Origin: Planctomycetota bacterium
Lineage (GTDB): Bacteria; Planctomycetota; GCA-002687715; DRQF01
DNA: 64,000 nucleotides
Direction: 5' to 3'
Assembly (NCBI GenBank): GCA_036479435.1
Contig: JAZGFI010000235.1
Coordinates: 22,426-86,425, forward strand
Shown here: piece after piece, positions 29,498 to 39,499 of the stretch
How the letters are laid out: the number at the start of each line of letters is the position of its first letter
How positions within the stretch are numbered: the stretch's first letter is position 1
The notes under the pieces: generated by a model
The model's database searches: none
What the model was told of the DNA's origin: nothing
What the model saw: only the letters and a program-made list of their open reading frames with translations
Position numbers and translations under genes: made by a program

Positions 29498-29652
29498 CTT
29501 CGCTGTGCCGACCTTTCCTATCTGGATTCTTTGGATCGATGAACCTGGAGGTGCCGCGCCGCGTTTAGGTAGCGGGCCCCAGCCTGATCAGGTGCCACCC
29601 TGGCGAATCTTGAGAGGGAGGTGGAGGCCCACCGCTTGATGCACCAGCAAAG
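29498..29652. ncRNA. Candidate rod-like structured ncRNA (6S RNA-like)
   Basis: Ends pair (CTTCGCTGTGC / GCACCAGCAAAG); internal pairings CCTTTC/GGGAGG and GATTC/GAATC; minus-strand TAAAAT just upstream; minus strand carries 6S-like GGTTCA and CGGCAC. Confidence 0.4.
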
Positions 29653-29774
29653 CCTTCCTATTTTACTCTCCTGCCAAGGGCGGAGCGAGAATCTAAGCCT
29701 CGTTGCCATAGGCAGTTAAATATCAAACCCTGCCCTCCAAGGTGGGGACTTTCAGCCGAGAGAGCGAGTTTTCG

Positions 29775-30908
29775 ATGTCGCACCCTGTCAAAATAGCGAT
29801 CTTCTTTACGACGCTGGCTCTTTTCTTGCTGCCTCACAGTGGCTGGGCTCAAAGCGCGCGGGCCAAGGTTGCCTATCGCAACAGCAGCGGCACCGAGCGT
29901 AGTGAGCGCGGAGACGTCTTGAGCCACAGTTGCCGCGGTTTAGTGATGAAGCGCCGTGGTGGTCAAAAAACAATCGCCGAAGACGATTTGATTAGTGTCA
30001 CCTACTCGAAACTACCGAACGGCTATGTGGCCGCGATGGAACTCTTTCAGACCGGCGGTTACTACGAGGCCATCGACGCTCTGCTCGAGATTCTGCCGGA
30101 AGTCGAAAAAAAGAAGTCTCTCAGCTGGGCGAAGCAGGAAATTTACTTCCACGCTTCAGAGGCGGCCTACCGAGTGGGCGACTACGCCGCCGCGGCCGAG
30201 TACGCCAAGACCCTCAGCTCAAAGATCGCCGATACGCGCTACCGGCCGCAACTTGAATTGCGCAGCGCGGGCGATTTACTCGCCGCGGGAAAATACAAAG
30301 AGGCTTTGGCCGCCTACGGGAAGACGAGTTCGGGGGGACCGAAAAAGTACTCCGCGAGTTTCGTGCTCGCGGGTGCCGTCGGCAAAGTTCGGACCCACCT
30401 CCATGCGGGCAATCTCGAATCGGCGATGTCGGCCGTGAAAGCAGCGGAAGCCCTCGTGAAGAAGCCCGAGGGCAAAGACCTCGTCGCGGCCTGGAAAGCC
30501 CGTACGCTCGTTGCACAAAAGAAGTTTGCGGACGCAGCGAACCAGCTCAGCGCTTTGCTTCTCAAAGCCAGCGCCAACAAGCGTTATCAAAGACAACCGG
30601 CGCTCTTGGCCGTGGCGGCGAACGGACTCGGTGATATTGCTTTCCAAAAGCAAGACTTCGAGAAGGCCGCCCTGGAGTACTCTAAGACCTTCGCTCTTTT
30701 CGGCGACCTGGCCGACCTTCGTCACGATGTCGGCTGGGCGACCTGGCAGTTCTCCCTGTGTTGCAAGCGAATCGCCACCTCGACGAAGGAAGACGATAAG
30801 CGAAAAGTCTACACGGGCCGCCATCGCAGGATGCGCGAACGCGCCGCGGAAGATTTTCAAATGACGCGAGGGGGTCAACTCGCTCGTAAGGAACTCGGTA
30901 TGAACTAA
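29775..30908 (+). CDS. Secreted tetratricopeptide-repeat protein
   Basis: Signal peptide ending GWAQ; repeated A/Y-rich TPR helices (AYRVGDYAAA, GDIAFQKQDFEKA). Confidence 0.75.
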   Translation: MSHPVKIAIFFTTLALFLLPHSGWAQSARAKVAYRNSSGTERSERGDVLSHSCRGLVMKRRGGQKTIAEDDLISVTYSKLPNGYVAAMELFQTGGYYEAIDALLEILPEVEKKKSLSWAKQEIYFHASEAAYRVGDYAAAAEYAKTLSSKIADTRYRPQLELRSAGDLLAAGKYKEALAAYGKTSSGGPKKYSASFVLAGAVGKVRTHLHAGNLESAMSAVKAAEALVKKPEGKDLVAAWKARTLVAQKKFADAANQLSALLLKASANKRYQRQPALLAVAANGLGDIAFQKQDFEKAALEYSKTFALFGDLADLRHDVGWATWQFSLCCKRIATSTKEDDKRKVYTGRHRRMRERAAEDFQMTRGGQLARKELGMN

Positions 30909-31168
30909 GGGCTCGGTCAAGAATAAGTTCGCAGAGTTCGCACTCAGATTTGCGTCAGATTTGGTTCGGGCGATTGAGCACGGACCGAAGATGGCGTGAA
31001 GCTGAGCGGCGAGAATGTGAAGTTATTTTTGATTGAGCCCTAAGAGCGCGCGCCCTGATTCCTCGCTCGAGATTGGCTCGGCGAGGTGCTGCGATTTTGT
31101 TCGCATGGGCGCGTCAACGGCGAAGTCTCAGGGGTACTCCCGATTGATTCTGAGAGCACGAGGCACCG

Positions 31169-33175
31169 GTGGCACCTGCTAAGAAGAAACGTCTGATCTT
31201 TGCTGGCCTCCTTGGCCTTCTCATCGCCCTCGTCGCCATTTGGGTTTTCCGCCATGTCTACGACCCCTTCGCGGATGACGTCGAGGACTTGGCGCTCTTG
31301 CTGCCCCAAGACATCGACTTTTTCGTAGAGATCGACGACTTCCCCAGCTTCGTGCGCGGCCTCGAAAACCGCGAGTTCTTCTCGCGGCTTGACCGCAACC
31401 GTGACATCCAGGCCTTCCTTTCGAGCCCGCGGGTCGAGGAGACGGAGTTCATCCCCTTGCTGCGGAATGCCTTGCGAGAGGTCAATCGCGCTCAGTCCAA
31501 TCCCGACATCCCACTGGGCTTGGAGGTGCTGGGAGACCTGTCGGGGACTCAAGTTGTCGTCGGCGGCTACTTGCCCAAGAACGACGGCGAAGACATCAAG
31601 ATGATGGTTTGCTTCAAGCCGGAGTCGGTGAAGGCGATCGTCGCGATCAACGCGGTCCTCGACGAGACGATCTTCAAGTTTTTTGTCGAAGACCGCTTGC
31701 CGGATGTTGAGGTCGTTCACCGTAATTGGGGGGCTGAGCTAACCATCGTCCAAGACGGCAAGCGGCAAGTTTGGGCCTTAGCCAGAATTGAGAATGCGGT
31801 CATCATTGGCAATGAGCTGGATTTAGTGAAACGCAGTGTCAATCGCGTACGCCGCGATGGGATCTTACAGGTTCGACCGCGACGGCTCGAGGGTCGGTGG
31901 GTGTTTGAAGGTGCTAGCGGGGCCACCATCCGAGCCGCGATGTCGCAGGGGACCGCGGGCGAGAAAGTGAGCATCATCGACCGTTTCTTGGCTCCTCTGT
32001 GGGGCCAAGATTCAGCCAGTGCTTTCGAGAGCATCTTTCCGAGCTTCGAGGGGGATGACTTACGCCTGGGCTTGGAAATCGACGAGGTCTTCACCGCGAA
32101 GTTGGCGATTGAGTCCGTTGCTCGCCATCGCCCGAGCCCTTTTGAAGAGATGACGAGCCTGAATGTCGAACGGGTCGAGTCCCAGTTTGAAGATGTCCTC
32201 GAAAAACTTCCTCACTATGTATTTGGCTACGGCTACATCTCTAGCCGGCCGGGTACGCTGGTATCTCACCTGTTCAACCAACCGGGTTTGGTCGACGCTG
32301 ACAAGCGGGCGCTTTGGTTCGAAGAACTGGCCAAGAACATGCCGAGGTTTGCCGACGCCCCCATGGGCGGTGACGGGGTGCCCGATCTCGTGCCCCGGTT
32401 GCAGCGCGAGTTTGATACGGCCTTTGGCCGCGGTGTCGGATTTGCGTTGTTCAAAAAAGAGCGCGATGACGGAGGCGAGAACAAGGAGCCGGGACTGGCG
32501 CTCGTTCTGGATGTCAACGACCGAACTTTCATCGAAGAGTTGATCCAAGCCCTAGGCGCCATCGCTGGCGAAGATCGCCGCGCGCTTGAACGCGAAGAGA
32601 TCGACGGCGACGTCTTTTGGCGGGTCGCGAACACCTCATTTTTGGACGACGCTGAGAACAACCGACCTGGTTTCGCGCTGATTGGCGATCACTTTGTCAT
32701 CACCAACTGGTACCGACTTCTCGAGGACTACCGTGCCGTGAGTCGCCGCGAACTCGCCAGTTTTGGGGCCGTGAACGCCATTCGCGACGGGATCGATCGG
32801 TCCGAAGACTGGACCCGCGGGTTCTTTTTCCTCGACTCGGCTCGGCTCTACGCCTATATGGATGACGCGAAGCCGGGTTGGATTAAAGAGCGCATGGTAG
32901 TCAGCGACGAGGATACCTTTGCCGCGGCCCGCAAGTTTGAACTCGAAGCGGAGCGTCGCCGCTTGCCCGCGGAGGGCCGCGATCTTTGGATTGACCAGCA
33001 GGTGGAAGTCTGGTTGAGAAACGAAAGGCAAAGTCGTAATGAGCAGGCGATAGCCCACGAGATTGATCAGTATCTGGACTACTTCCGAGCTGCTTTTGAA
33101 TCCGTATTCATCTCCGTCGGCCAAGTCGACGACGAGGTGAGGATTGGCCTCAGACTCTTGGCTTCCCAGCTTTAG
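31169..33175 (+). CDS. Membrane-anchored periplasmic hypothetical protein (DUF3352-like)
   Basis: KKKR + TM anchor, LALLLPQDIDFFVEI; long ORF with core-like codon usage. Confidence 0.65.
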   Translation: MAPAKKKRLIFAGLLGLLIALVAIWVFRHVYDPFADDVEDLALLLPQDIDFFVEIDDFPSFVRGLENREFFSRLDRNRDIQAFLSSPRVEETEFIPLLRNALREVNRAQSNPDIPLGLEVLGDLSGTQVVVGGYLPKNDGEDIKMMVCFKPESVKAIVAINAVLDETIFKFFVEDRLPDVEVVHRNWGAELTIVQDGKRQVWALARIENAVIIGNELDLVKRSVNRVRRDGILQVRPRRLEGRWVFEGASGATIRAAMSQGTAGEKVSIIDRFLAPLWGQDSASAFESIFPSFEGDDLRLGLEIDEVFTAKLAIESVARHRPSPFEEMTSLNVERVESQFEDVLEKLPHYVFGYGYISSRPGTLVSHLFNQPGLVDADKRALWFEELAKNMPRFADAPMGGDGVPDLVPRLQREFDTAFGRGVGFALFKKERDDGGENKEPGLALVLDVNDRTFIEELIQALGAIAGEDRRALEREEIDGDVFWRVANTSFLDDAENNRPGFALIGDHFVITNWYRLLEDYRAVSRRELASFGAVNAIRDGIDRSEDWTRGFFFLDSARLYAYMDDAKPGWIKERMVVSDEDTFAAARKFELEAERRRLPAEGRDLWIDQQVEVWLRNERQSRNEQAIAHEIDQYLDYFRAAFESVFISVGQVDDEVRIGLRLLASQL

Positions 33176-33233
33176 GCCGGGCTTTTTGGTCTGGAAGTCC
33201 GGGGCGCGCGCCCTATAATCCCCCAGCTACTGA

Positions 33234-33319
<86 letters not shown>

Positions 33320-33327
33320 CTCTTTGA

Positions 33328-33408
33328 AAGACCAACGCAAGCTGGTCTTTTTTGAAGACCAACGCAAGCTGGTCTTTTTTGAAGACCAACGCAAGTTGGT
33401 CTTTTTTT
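33328..33408 (+). terminator. Three tandem 27-bp terminator hairpins
   Basis: AAGACCAAC-GCAA-G(C/T)TGGTCTT-TTTT starting at 33328, 33355 and 33382. Confidence 0.85.
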
Positions 33409-33595
33409 ATCGCACACTCAAAGTGATCCTTCTTGAACACCTGACCTGAGCCAGTCTTTTCCCTGCCGCAGGGCGCGAGCCAACGCTCATCGCGCGCACC
33501 ATCCCCCCTCCAATACCATCGGACACGAAGAAGGCCCCCGGCGGCGATAGCCACCGGGAGCCCCCCAGCTAATGCTTTGCGTTTAGGTCTAGGGC

Positions 33596-34582
33596 CTAAG
33601 GCCAGACGTAGCGCTTGACCGAGCTTTGCGATTCCAAAGTTCCTGCGAAGACGACGGCGAGCACGTAGTCAAAAGTGGTCCCCGAGGGGACGGCGGCCGA
33701 CGATACGAAGGTCGAGTAGTCGCCCATGGGGTCCGTCCCGGTGTGGAGACCGGCGGTGCCGAAGGGCAAAGACAGGATGTCGAAGATCAAGGGATCAAGG
33801 TAAAGGCCCAGAAGCGGACCACCACCGATGGGGCCACCGAGGTTGCCGCTGATCAAGTTGTAGAATTCGCGCGAAGGTTGAACCGTGTGGACGGCAATCA
33901 TCTGCGATGCGCCTTGGTCACTAAAGGTGACGCTGTCGGCTTCAAAGCCGGTGCCCGCGGCGAAGTCGAAGTTGTCGAAGTAGCCGCGCGAGCCTTGCGT
34001 GCCGGTGTTCAAGTTGCCGATATGTAAAGTCACCGTGAAAATCGTCGACGTCGTTGCGGTCGGGAAGAGAGCTCCGAGATCGGCGCTGATGTTAGATATC
34101 GGGCTTGTGGAGCTGCCTGCGGCGGATGAAGGCGTGCCGCCGGGCGTGTCGCTCGCATCGAGGTGCATGATGTTGTAGACGATGGCGCCGTCACTGACGC
34201 TCGCTTCCATGAAGTCACCGTTCGTGGCATCCAAGCTCACGAACTGGCAATCGAAGGTCAAGAGCGTGTTCGACTCGTTGGGAGTCGAAAAAGTCTGTGA
34301 GAGCTGCGCGGTCCCCGTTGCATCGCTGCCGGCGCCGCCTTCATTCGAATGTGGGGTTCCAGGCCCGGTGCTTGCCCCAAAGAACGACAGGAAGAACGAG
34401 CCGGCGGTCGGCATGTCCGCGTCGGTAAAAACAGTCGCTCCCGGCGAGCCTCCGCCCGCAGGCGTCCAGTCGTTTGGAACTCCAAAATTACTCTCGAAGC
34501 CAGGATTGGCAAGTTGCGCCGATGCGCTCAGACCGCAGGTCGCGATCAGAGCGATGGCGAGGATGATTCGTGTCGCGTTCAT
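33596..34582 (-). CDS. Secreted beta-rich hypothetical protein (carbohydrate-binding-module-like start)
   Basis: ATG 34582 with GGAG RBS; signal peptide SASA-Q; LANPGFE...W and YFDNF are typical jelly-roll termini. Confidence 0.65.
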   Translation of the reverse strand: MNATRIILAIALIATCGLSASAQLANPGFESNFGVPNDWTPAGGGSPGATVFTDADMPTAGSFFLSFFGASTGPGTPHSNEGGAGSDATGTAQLSQTFSTPNESNTLLTFDCQFVSLDATNGDFMEASVSDGAIVYNIMHLDASDTPGGTPSSAAGSSTSPISNISADLGALFPTATTSTIFTVTLHIGNLNTGTQGSRGYFDNFDFAAGTGFEADSVTFSDQGASQMIAVHTVQPSREFYNLISGNLGGPIGGGPLLGLYLDPLIFDILSLPFGTAGLHTGTDPMGDYSTFVSSAAVPSGTTFDYVLAVVFAGTLESQSSVKRYVWP

Positions 34583-34830
34583 GCTCACTCCGTCAAAGGA
34601 AAGGCCCAGGATGGGGCCGTCACGAAAACTAATGTCTTGGGCTTTGGCTGCAGGCCCGAATAACAACCAGCCGGGCTCAGCCATGGCCTCGACTCTTGCG
34701 AGGCATCGTGGGGGTGAAATCAGGGCTAGTGATAGACCAGCCGTTCCGGCATTGAAACCGAATGTGCTCCCGGGGCCCAGCCTTTTCTAGAAACCAGTCG
34801 ATATCCAGGGGCATGAACACCCAGCTTTCT

Positions 34831-34858
34831 TCAAGTTTCAGTGGGTATTTGCCGAAGA
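34831..34858 (+). promoter_or_regulatory. Putative sigma28 promoter
   Basis: TCAAGTTT-N12-GCCGAAGA versus consensus TAAAGTTT-N11-GCCGATAA. Confidence 0.45.
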
Positions 34859-35003
34859 TAGAGAGTCTCTAGATCTCTGCGGGGGCCGCATTGGACCCGG
34901 AGCGGGCAAGACCCGTGAAAAACACGGTCTCAGCCGCTTGGGCTAAATAACGTTGCGGCAAAGACTTCCTGCGAAACAGCTCAAAGCTGCGAAAAGGACT
35001 CGG

Positions 35004-35030
35004 AAAAAGCCTCAAGGCTTTGGCCGATAG
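35004..35030 (+). promoter_or_regulatory. Putative sigma28 promoter of flgM-like gene
   Basis: AAAA-N15-GCCGATAG, ending 72 nt before the ATG. Confidence 0.5.
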
Positions 35031-35102
35031 TCCTAAAAGAGAAATGGAAGAAAAGCTAGTGAATGAGGCCCCCCGGGGCCCCGAGGCAGAAAGGAGTATC
35101 CG

Positions 35103-35405
35103 ATGGACATTCATGGGATCGGACCCAAGGCCGGATCGTCGGCTGCAAATAGTCACAAAACCACCAAAACTCAGGGTGGGACTAAGGGCGAGGCTCACGC
35201 CGAGCTGTCCAGTGCCACCGACTTCTTTGAGAACTCTGGGAAGCTGGGCCGTGTTCGGGCTCTCATCAACGACTTGGTGCAGGTTCCCGACTTTGACCTC
35301 GAGGCGGTAGCGCGAGGCAAGGAGCTCCTTGAGTCAGGAGCACTTGATTCGGCCGAAGCCTTCGAAGGTGCGGCCGAGGGATTTCTAAGTGGCGACGCTT
35401 ACTAG
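35103..35405 (+). CDS. flgM: FlgM-like anti-sigma28 factor
   Basis: 100 aa; disordered N-terminus; C-terminal VPDFDLEAVARGKELLESG...AAEGFL resembles FlgM; AAGGAG RBS; sigma28 boxes upstream; fliA 3.3 kb away. Confidence 0.6.
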   Translation: MDIHGIGPKAGSSAANSHKTTKTQGGTKGEAHAELSSATDFFENSGKLGRVRALINDLVQVPDFDLEAVARGKELLESGALDSAEAFEGAAEGFLSGDAY

Positions 35406-35440
35406 TTAGCTTCGCTGGGCTAGGCGCCCAGATATCCAGA

Positions 35441-35488
35441 CAACAAAGACCCGGCCCGAGGGAGTTACCTTCGGGCCGGGTCTTGTTG
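35441..35488. terminator. Hairpin terminator between convergent flgM-like and GT2 genes
   Basis: AAGACCCGGCCCGA...TCGGGCCGGGTCTT stem. Confidence 0.7.
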
Positions 35489-35509
35489 GTTGAGACGAAA
35501 CGTCTTTTC

Positions 35510-37081
35510 TTAAGCGGTCTCAGCTGAGACGGAGGCTGTGGCCAGAGTTGGGCGAGCTTGCACCACGGACTTGTAGCCGACGTAACCAAAGCCCCAAAAG
35601 AACAAGAACAAAAACGGTACGGCCATCCAGAGGCCTTGCCAGACGGCGTAAAGCAAGACCATAAAGAAGTAAGCGGCGAAGAAGAGTTCAAGCATGGGCA
35701 TCATGCTGCGGCGCGCCTTGTATTTCTTGGCTTTCCAGGCGTCCTTATCGTGTTCGCCCGCGAGATACTTCGGCGTGCGAACGAAAGGACTTTCGTGCCC
35801 AAACAAAGCCTCGAACACGGCTTTTGATTGACTTAGGCAAAGCCCGATGCCAATCGCCATCAACAGCGGCATGTAGTGAAGCCGTTGGTACCAGCGCGAA
35901 TTGATCTGACGTTCGGAATAGGTGTAGAACGACAAGATGCTGACGGTCGCGCCGACGAAGAGACTGACGTCGAAGAAAATGGCCCACCACCCGGTCAGCA
36001 TCTGACTCCGGTAGTAAAGAGCTGGCATCATCAAGATGCTCAGCAAGACCATTAAGGGGTAGGTCAGGTTGTTGCACAAATGGAAGGTCGCTTCGATCTT
36101 CACTTTCAGTGGTTGCGAACTCTTCCAAACCGGGCCTAGGAGCTTGAGCATCGCTTGAATGAAGCCTTTCGCCCAACGATGCTGCTGGCTTTTGAAGCCG
36201 TTCATGTCGACCGGCAACTCCGCCGGAACTGCTTGGTCAACGAGGTAGACCCCCTTCCAACCCTTTAGCTGGCAGCGGTAGGAGAGGTCGCAATCTTCAA
36301 CGAGGGTGTCGTGTTCCCAGCCTCCGGCATCGGCGATCGTGGCCTTGCGCCACGTGCCCGCCGTTCCCGAGAAGGTGAAGAAGCGACCCGAGCGATGGCG
36401 TGCCGTGTGCTCAAGAACGAAATGCCCGTTTAAGAACAGGGCCTGGAGTTTCGTGAGAAGGGAGTGGTTCTCGTTGAGGTGAGCCCAGCGAGCTTGCACA
36501 AACCCGACCTTGGGGTCACTGAAGTGGTGGACCTGGCGTCGGATGAAATCTTTGGTCGGAACAAAGTCGGCGTCGAACATGACGATAAACTCGCCACGGC
36601 AGATCTTCAGACCTTCGTCTAGGGCACCAGCCTTGTAGCCGTTGCGATTGCTGCGGTGGATGTGGCTGATGTCGAAGCCTTTGTCCGCCCACTTGGCGAC
36701 ATGAGCTCGGCAAATCTCGACGGTTTCATCGGTCGAATCGTCGAGCACCTGAATCTCAAGTTTGTCGCGCGGGTAGTCGATGGAACACACCGCATCGAGC
36801 AGGCGCCGAACGACATACATCTCGTTGAAGACGGCCAACTGAACCGTCACGACCGGAAGGTCGGCTTCGGCGAAAGGCGCCAGGGCTTGCGGGGCGTTCT
36901 TTTTGTAGCGCGCGTAAGTGGCCATGATCGTGTAGCGGTGAACGCCAAAAAGCCACAGCACAAACAAGACGACCGCGTAGAGACCAAGCACGAAAATCTT
37001 GAGCCATCCGGCGTCATCGGGGGCCATCACAGCACCCTGAATTATTCCGTCATTGAAAACGGCAAAACCGGTCCCAAACAT
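35510..37081 (-). CDS. Processive GT2 glycosyltransferase (cellulose synthase-like)
   Basis: LDDSTD, GYKAGAL, FDADF, EDCD, QQHRW (QxxRW); multiple TMs. Confidence 0.92.
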   Translation of the reverse strand: MFGTGFAVFNDGIIQGAVMAPDDAGWLKIFVLGLYAVVLFVLWLFGVHRYTIMATYARYKKNAPQALAPFAEADLPVVTVQLAVFNEMYVVRRLLDAVCSIDYPRDKLEIQVLDDSTDETVEICRAHVAKWADKGFDISHIHRSNRNGYKAGALDEGLKICRGEFIVMFDADFVPTKDFIRRQVHHFSDPKVGFVQARWAHLNENHSLLTKLQALFLNGHFVLEHTARHRSGRFFTFSGTAGTWRKATIADAGGWEHDTLVEDCDLSYRCQLKGWKGVYLVDQAVPAELPVDMNGFKSQQHRWAKGFIQAMLKLLGPVWKSSQPLKVKIEATFHLCNNLTYPLMVLLSILMMPALYYRSQMLTGWWAIFFDVSLFVGATVSILSFYTYSERQINSRWYQRLHYMPLLMAIGIGLCLSQSKAVFEALFGHESPFVRTPKYLAGEHDKDAWKAKKYKARRSMMPMLELFFAAYFFMVLLYAVWQGLWMAVPFLFLFFWGFGYVGYKSVVQARPTLATASVSAETA

Positions 37082-37332
37082 CGCATTGCCTCACTCTGTC
37101 ACGAGTCACCTAAGACTCAATTGGCGTCGCGGCCACCCCGCATTCGAAATGACGCCCGATGATTTTGACGCGGCTGGAATAGTGAGTCCGGGATGACCCG
37201 CACTTGGCGCCTGCCAAGGGACTTCATCCGCGGGCCGGGGATTCAATTCGCGTACAAGATCTACGGGGAGTATAGCCCTGGCCGAATGGCCATCAAGCGT
37301 ACCCAGGGGCGGGACAGCCACTGTTTTCGATC

Positions 37333-38007
37333 TTATGGATCGGAGCTGGGAGGAGCCGGGCGGCGCTTCAGGGCCCGATCGAGCGTTGCGATGGTGCGAT
37401 CGGCCACAAACTGGCGAAAGAGCCGAGGAGAAATGAGGACCTTTTCATGCTCAATGAGCGAGCGATTTGGGTCTTGGTAATGAACATCATAATAATTATG
37501 AGCATCTGCCGCGACCCGCTGGTCGTTGGCATCGAGCCGAAAATCGCTGGCCCAGGCCACGCGACCCGTTCGACAGTCCAAAAGGAACAAGCGAACACCG
37601 AGTCGGATGGAGGGGTAGGTGCGAGACTCGGTGATCGACCCCGCCAGAACGCCGTCCACTCCGAATCGTCGGTTCAGGGCACGGAGGTCCTCCGTGCTGT
37701 AGGTCCCGCGGTTGCGAGCGCTGCTCAGATTGATGTCGTCGAGATCCCGCTCAGAAATGGGAAGAGCTTCGAAAAGACCACGTTGAGTGATGGCGCCTCG
37801 AAGCTCTTCTCGAAAGCTCGCGGCCGTCTTGTCGTCGAATCCTTCGATCTCGAAGGGGATCAAAGCGACCCGCTCGAAGCGTTGCGGTGCTCGATCGGGC
37901 CTTTCGTAGGGGATGATGTCTTGGATTCCTGGGGTGCGATCGAGAATGATGCAACCGCCAAGGCCCAGACTGATCGCCAAGGTGAAGATGGGAAACAGCG
38001 TTCTCAT
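37333..38007 (-). CDS. Putative lipoprotein (GNA1162/CsgG-like fold)
   Basis: LGLGGC lipobox, RVALIPF, GVDGVLAGSI, DCRTGRVAW. Confidence 0.65.
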   Translation of the reverse strand: MRTLFPIFTLAISLGLGGCIILDRTPGIQDIIPYERPDRAPQRFERVALIPFEIEGFDDKTAASFREELRGAITQRGLFEALPISERDLDDINLSSARNRGTYSTEDLRALNRRFGVDGVLAGSITESRTYPSIRLGVRLFLLDCRTGRVAWASDFRLDANDQRVAADAHNYYDVHYQDPNRSLIEHEKVLISPRLFRQFVADRTIATLDRALKRRPAPPSSDP

Positions 38008-38507
38008 TGACCGTCGTTCGTGCTTCCGATGCCACCGATTTGTTCGCGCACTGCGGCCTGTTCTTGGCGAACGGCCTCCAGACGAGCGAGTAGCAACTGG
38101 CGTTGCAGTTCACGCTCACGTTCTTGCGATGCCTTGAGCAGGTTCTGAAGGCGATCAATGTCGTCCTCGAGGCCGGCCTCTTGCGACAAGTTCATGCTTG
38201 ATTTTTTCTCGTGGCGTTGGAGCTTCGCGGAAACCGTCTCGAGTTCGCCGCGCAAGCTCTCGCGGTCGGAACGCAGTTGCTCGATCATGGCGAGCTGGTT
38301 GTCTTCGATGTCGCGTTCGTCAAGAGTGGGTGCAGACTTGATCGTCGGCGCGCCCCGCGGCTCCGTGTCCGAGTCGCCGGCCGGCGGCATGGAGATCTTC
38401 AAGAGCGCCTCGTTGCCGCTACCGGTACTGGCGCAAGACCCGGCGAGCGACAGGCCAATGGAAAGCAGAAGGGTCAAGATGAACAATCGCTGTAGTTGGG
38501 TCTTCAC
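38004..38507 (-). CDS. Putative coiled-coil lipoprotein
   Basis: GTG 38507 overlapping the upstream stop; LAGSC lipobox; heptad-rich C-terminus. Confidence 0.65.
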   Translation of the reverse strand: MKTQLQRLFILTLLLSIGLSLAGSCASTGSGNEALLKISMPPAGDSDTEPRGAPTIKSAPTLDERDIEDNQLAMIEQLRSDRESLRGELETVSAKLQRHEKKSSMNLSQEAGLEDDIDRLQNLLKASQERERELQRQLLLARLEAVRQEQAAVREQIGGIGSTNDGQ

Positions 38508-38737
38508 GGTGTAGTCTCCTCGGAATACTCGCACTCGATGATGATCGTCTTGCCGCAAGAGCAAGCGACTTCAATGGCTTTGATTTCGTCGCCTTCGCGG
38601 TGCAAGACAATGCTGGGTTCTGGCCCCTGGGGACGGCTTGCCGTCTCGGAAGCAGCAATGCCGACGGACAGCCCCAAAGTGGGCGCTCCTACCTGAATAC
38701 GGCCTTTCTTAATGATGCGCCGCGTGGGGACGGTCAT
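38504..38737 (-). CDS. Small Cys-motif protein (CxC...C)
   Basis: 77 aa, translationally coupled to fliA and the downstream gene; IEVACSCGKTIIIECEY. Confidence 0.6.
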   Translation of the reverse strand: MTVPTRRIIKKGRIQVGAPTLGLSVGIAASETASRPQGPEPSIVLHREGDEIKAIEVACSCGKTIIIECEYSEETTP

Positions 38738-39499
38738 TCAGATCTCCTGTTTGTTTTCGTAACTGAGCGCCTGGTTGAGGCGAAAAACCGCGCGGCTATG
38801 CAGCTGAGAAACGCGCGACTCCGTGACGCCCAAGATGGCACCAATTTCCTTCAACAGCATGCCCTCTTTGTAGTAAAGCACGATCATGTGCCGCTCGTTT
38901 TTGGGCAGGGCCGCGATGGCTACCTGAAGCTGCGCTTTGAGTTCGTTGCGCTCTGAAAGATCGGCTGGCGTCGGGGTGTTCATGCACGACAAGCAGGCGG
39001 CGAGACTAGAATTCTCCTGCCCTTCGCTGTTACTCTCGCCTTGGTCGAGAGAGAGAATGGCCGCGCCGTGCATGTTCACTAAGACACTCTCGACCTGTTC
39101 GATCGAAAGCCCCATGGCGTCGGCGATTTCTTCGGGAGTGGCGCAGCGGCCAAGCTCTTCTTCCAACTCGTCGGCTGCCTGCTTTACTTGCTTGATCCGA
39201 TCGCGGCGCGAGCGAGGCAAGACGTCGTGGCGTCTTAGCTCATCCAAAATGGCGCCGCGGATGTTGACATAGGCGTGGGTCTTGAACTGCGCACCCTTGT
39301 TGGGATTGAATGACTTCGCCGCGTTCATCAAGCCGAGGACACCAACTTCAAAAAGATCGTCTTGATCCATGAAGGCCGGCAGCGACAGCGGCAAACGCCC
39401 AATCACATGGCGAACGAGCGGCAAGTACTCTTCGACGAGAGTGTTGCGCTCTTTGTCCGTAATGGAACCGCGGGCGTAGGCGTCTTCGGCGTAACTCAT
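38738..39499 (-). CDS. fliA: RNA polymerase sigma28 factor (FliA/WhiG family)
   Basis: YLPLV, DDLFEVGVLGL, IRGAILDELR, LKEIGAILGVTESRVSQLH. Confidence 0.93.
   Translation of the reverse strand: MSYAEDAYARGSITDKERNTLVEEYLPLVRHVIGRLPLSLPAFMDQDDLFEVGVLGLMNAAKSFNPNKGAQFKTHAYVNIRGAILDELRRHDVLPRSRRDRIKQVKQAADELEEELGRCATPEEIADAMGLSIEQVESVLVNMHGAAILSLDQGESNSEGQENSSLAACLSCMNTPTPADLSERNELKAQLQVAIAALPKNERHMIVLYYKEGMLLKEIGAILGVTESRVSQLHSRAVFRLNQALSYENKQEI

Noticed and set aside
33328..33408. Palindromic 27-bp repeats as a CRISPR array
   Set aside because: Units are contiguous with no spacers, no cas genes are present, and each unit is a terminator hairpin.
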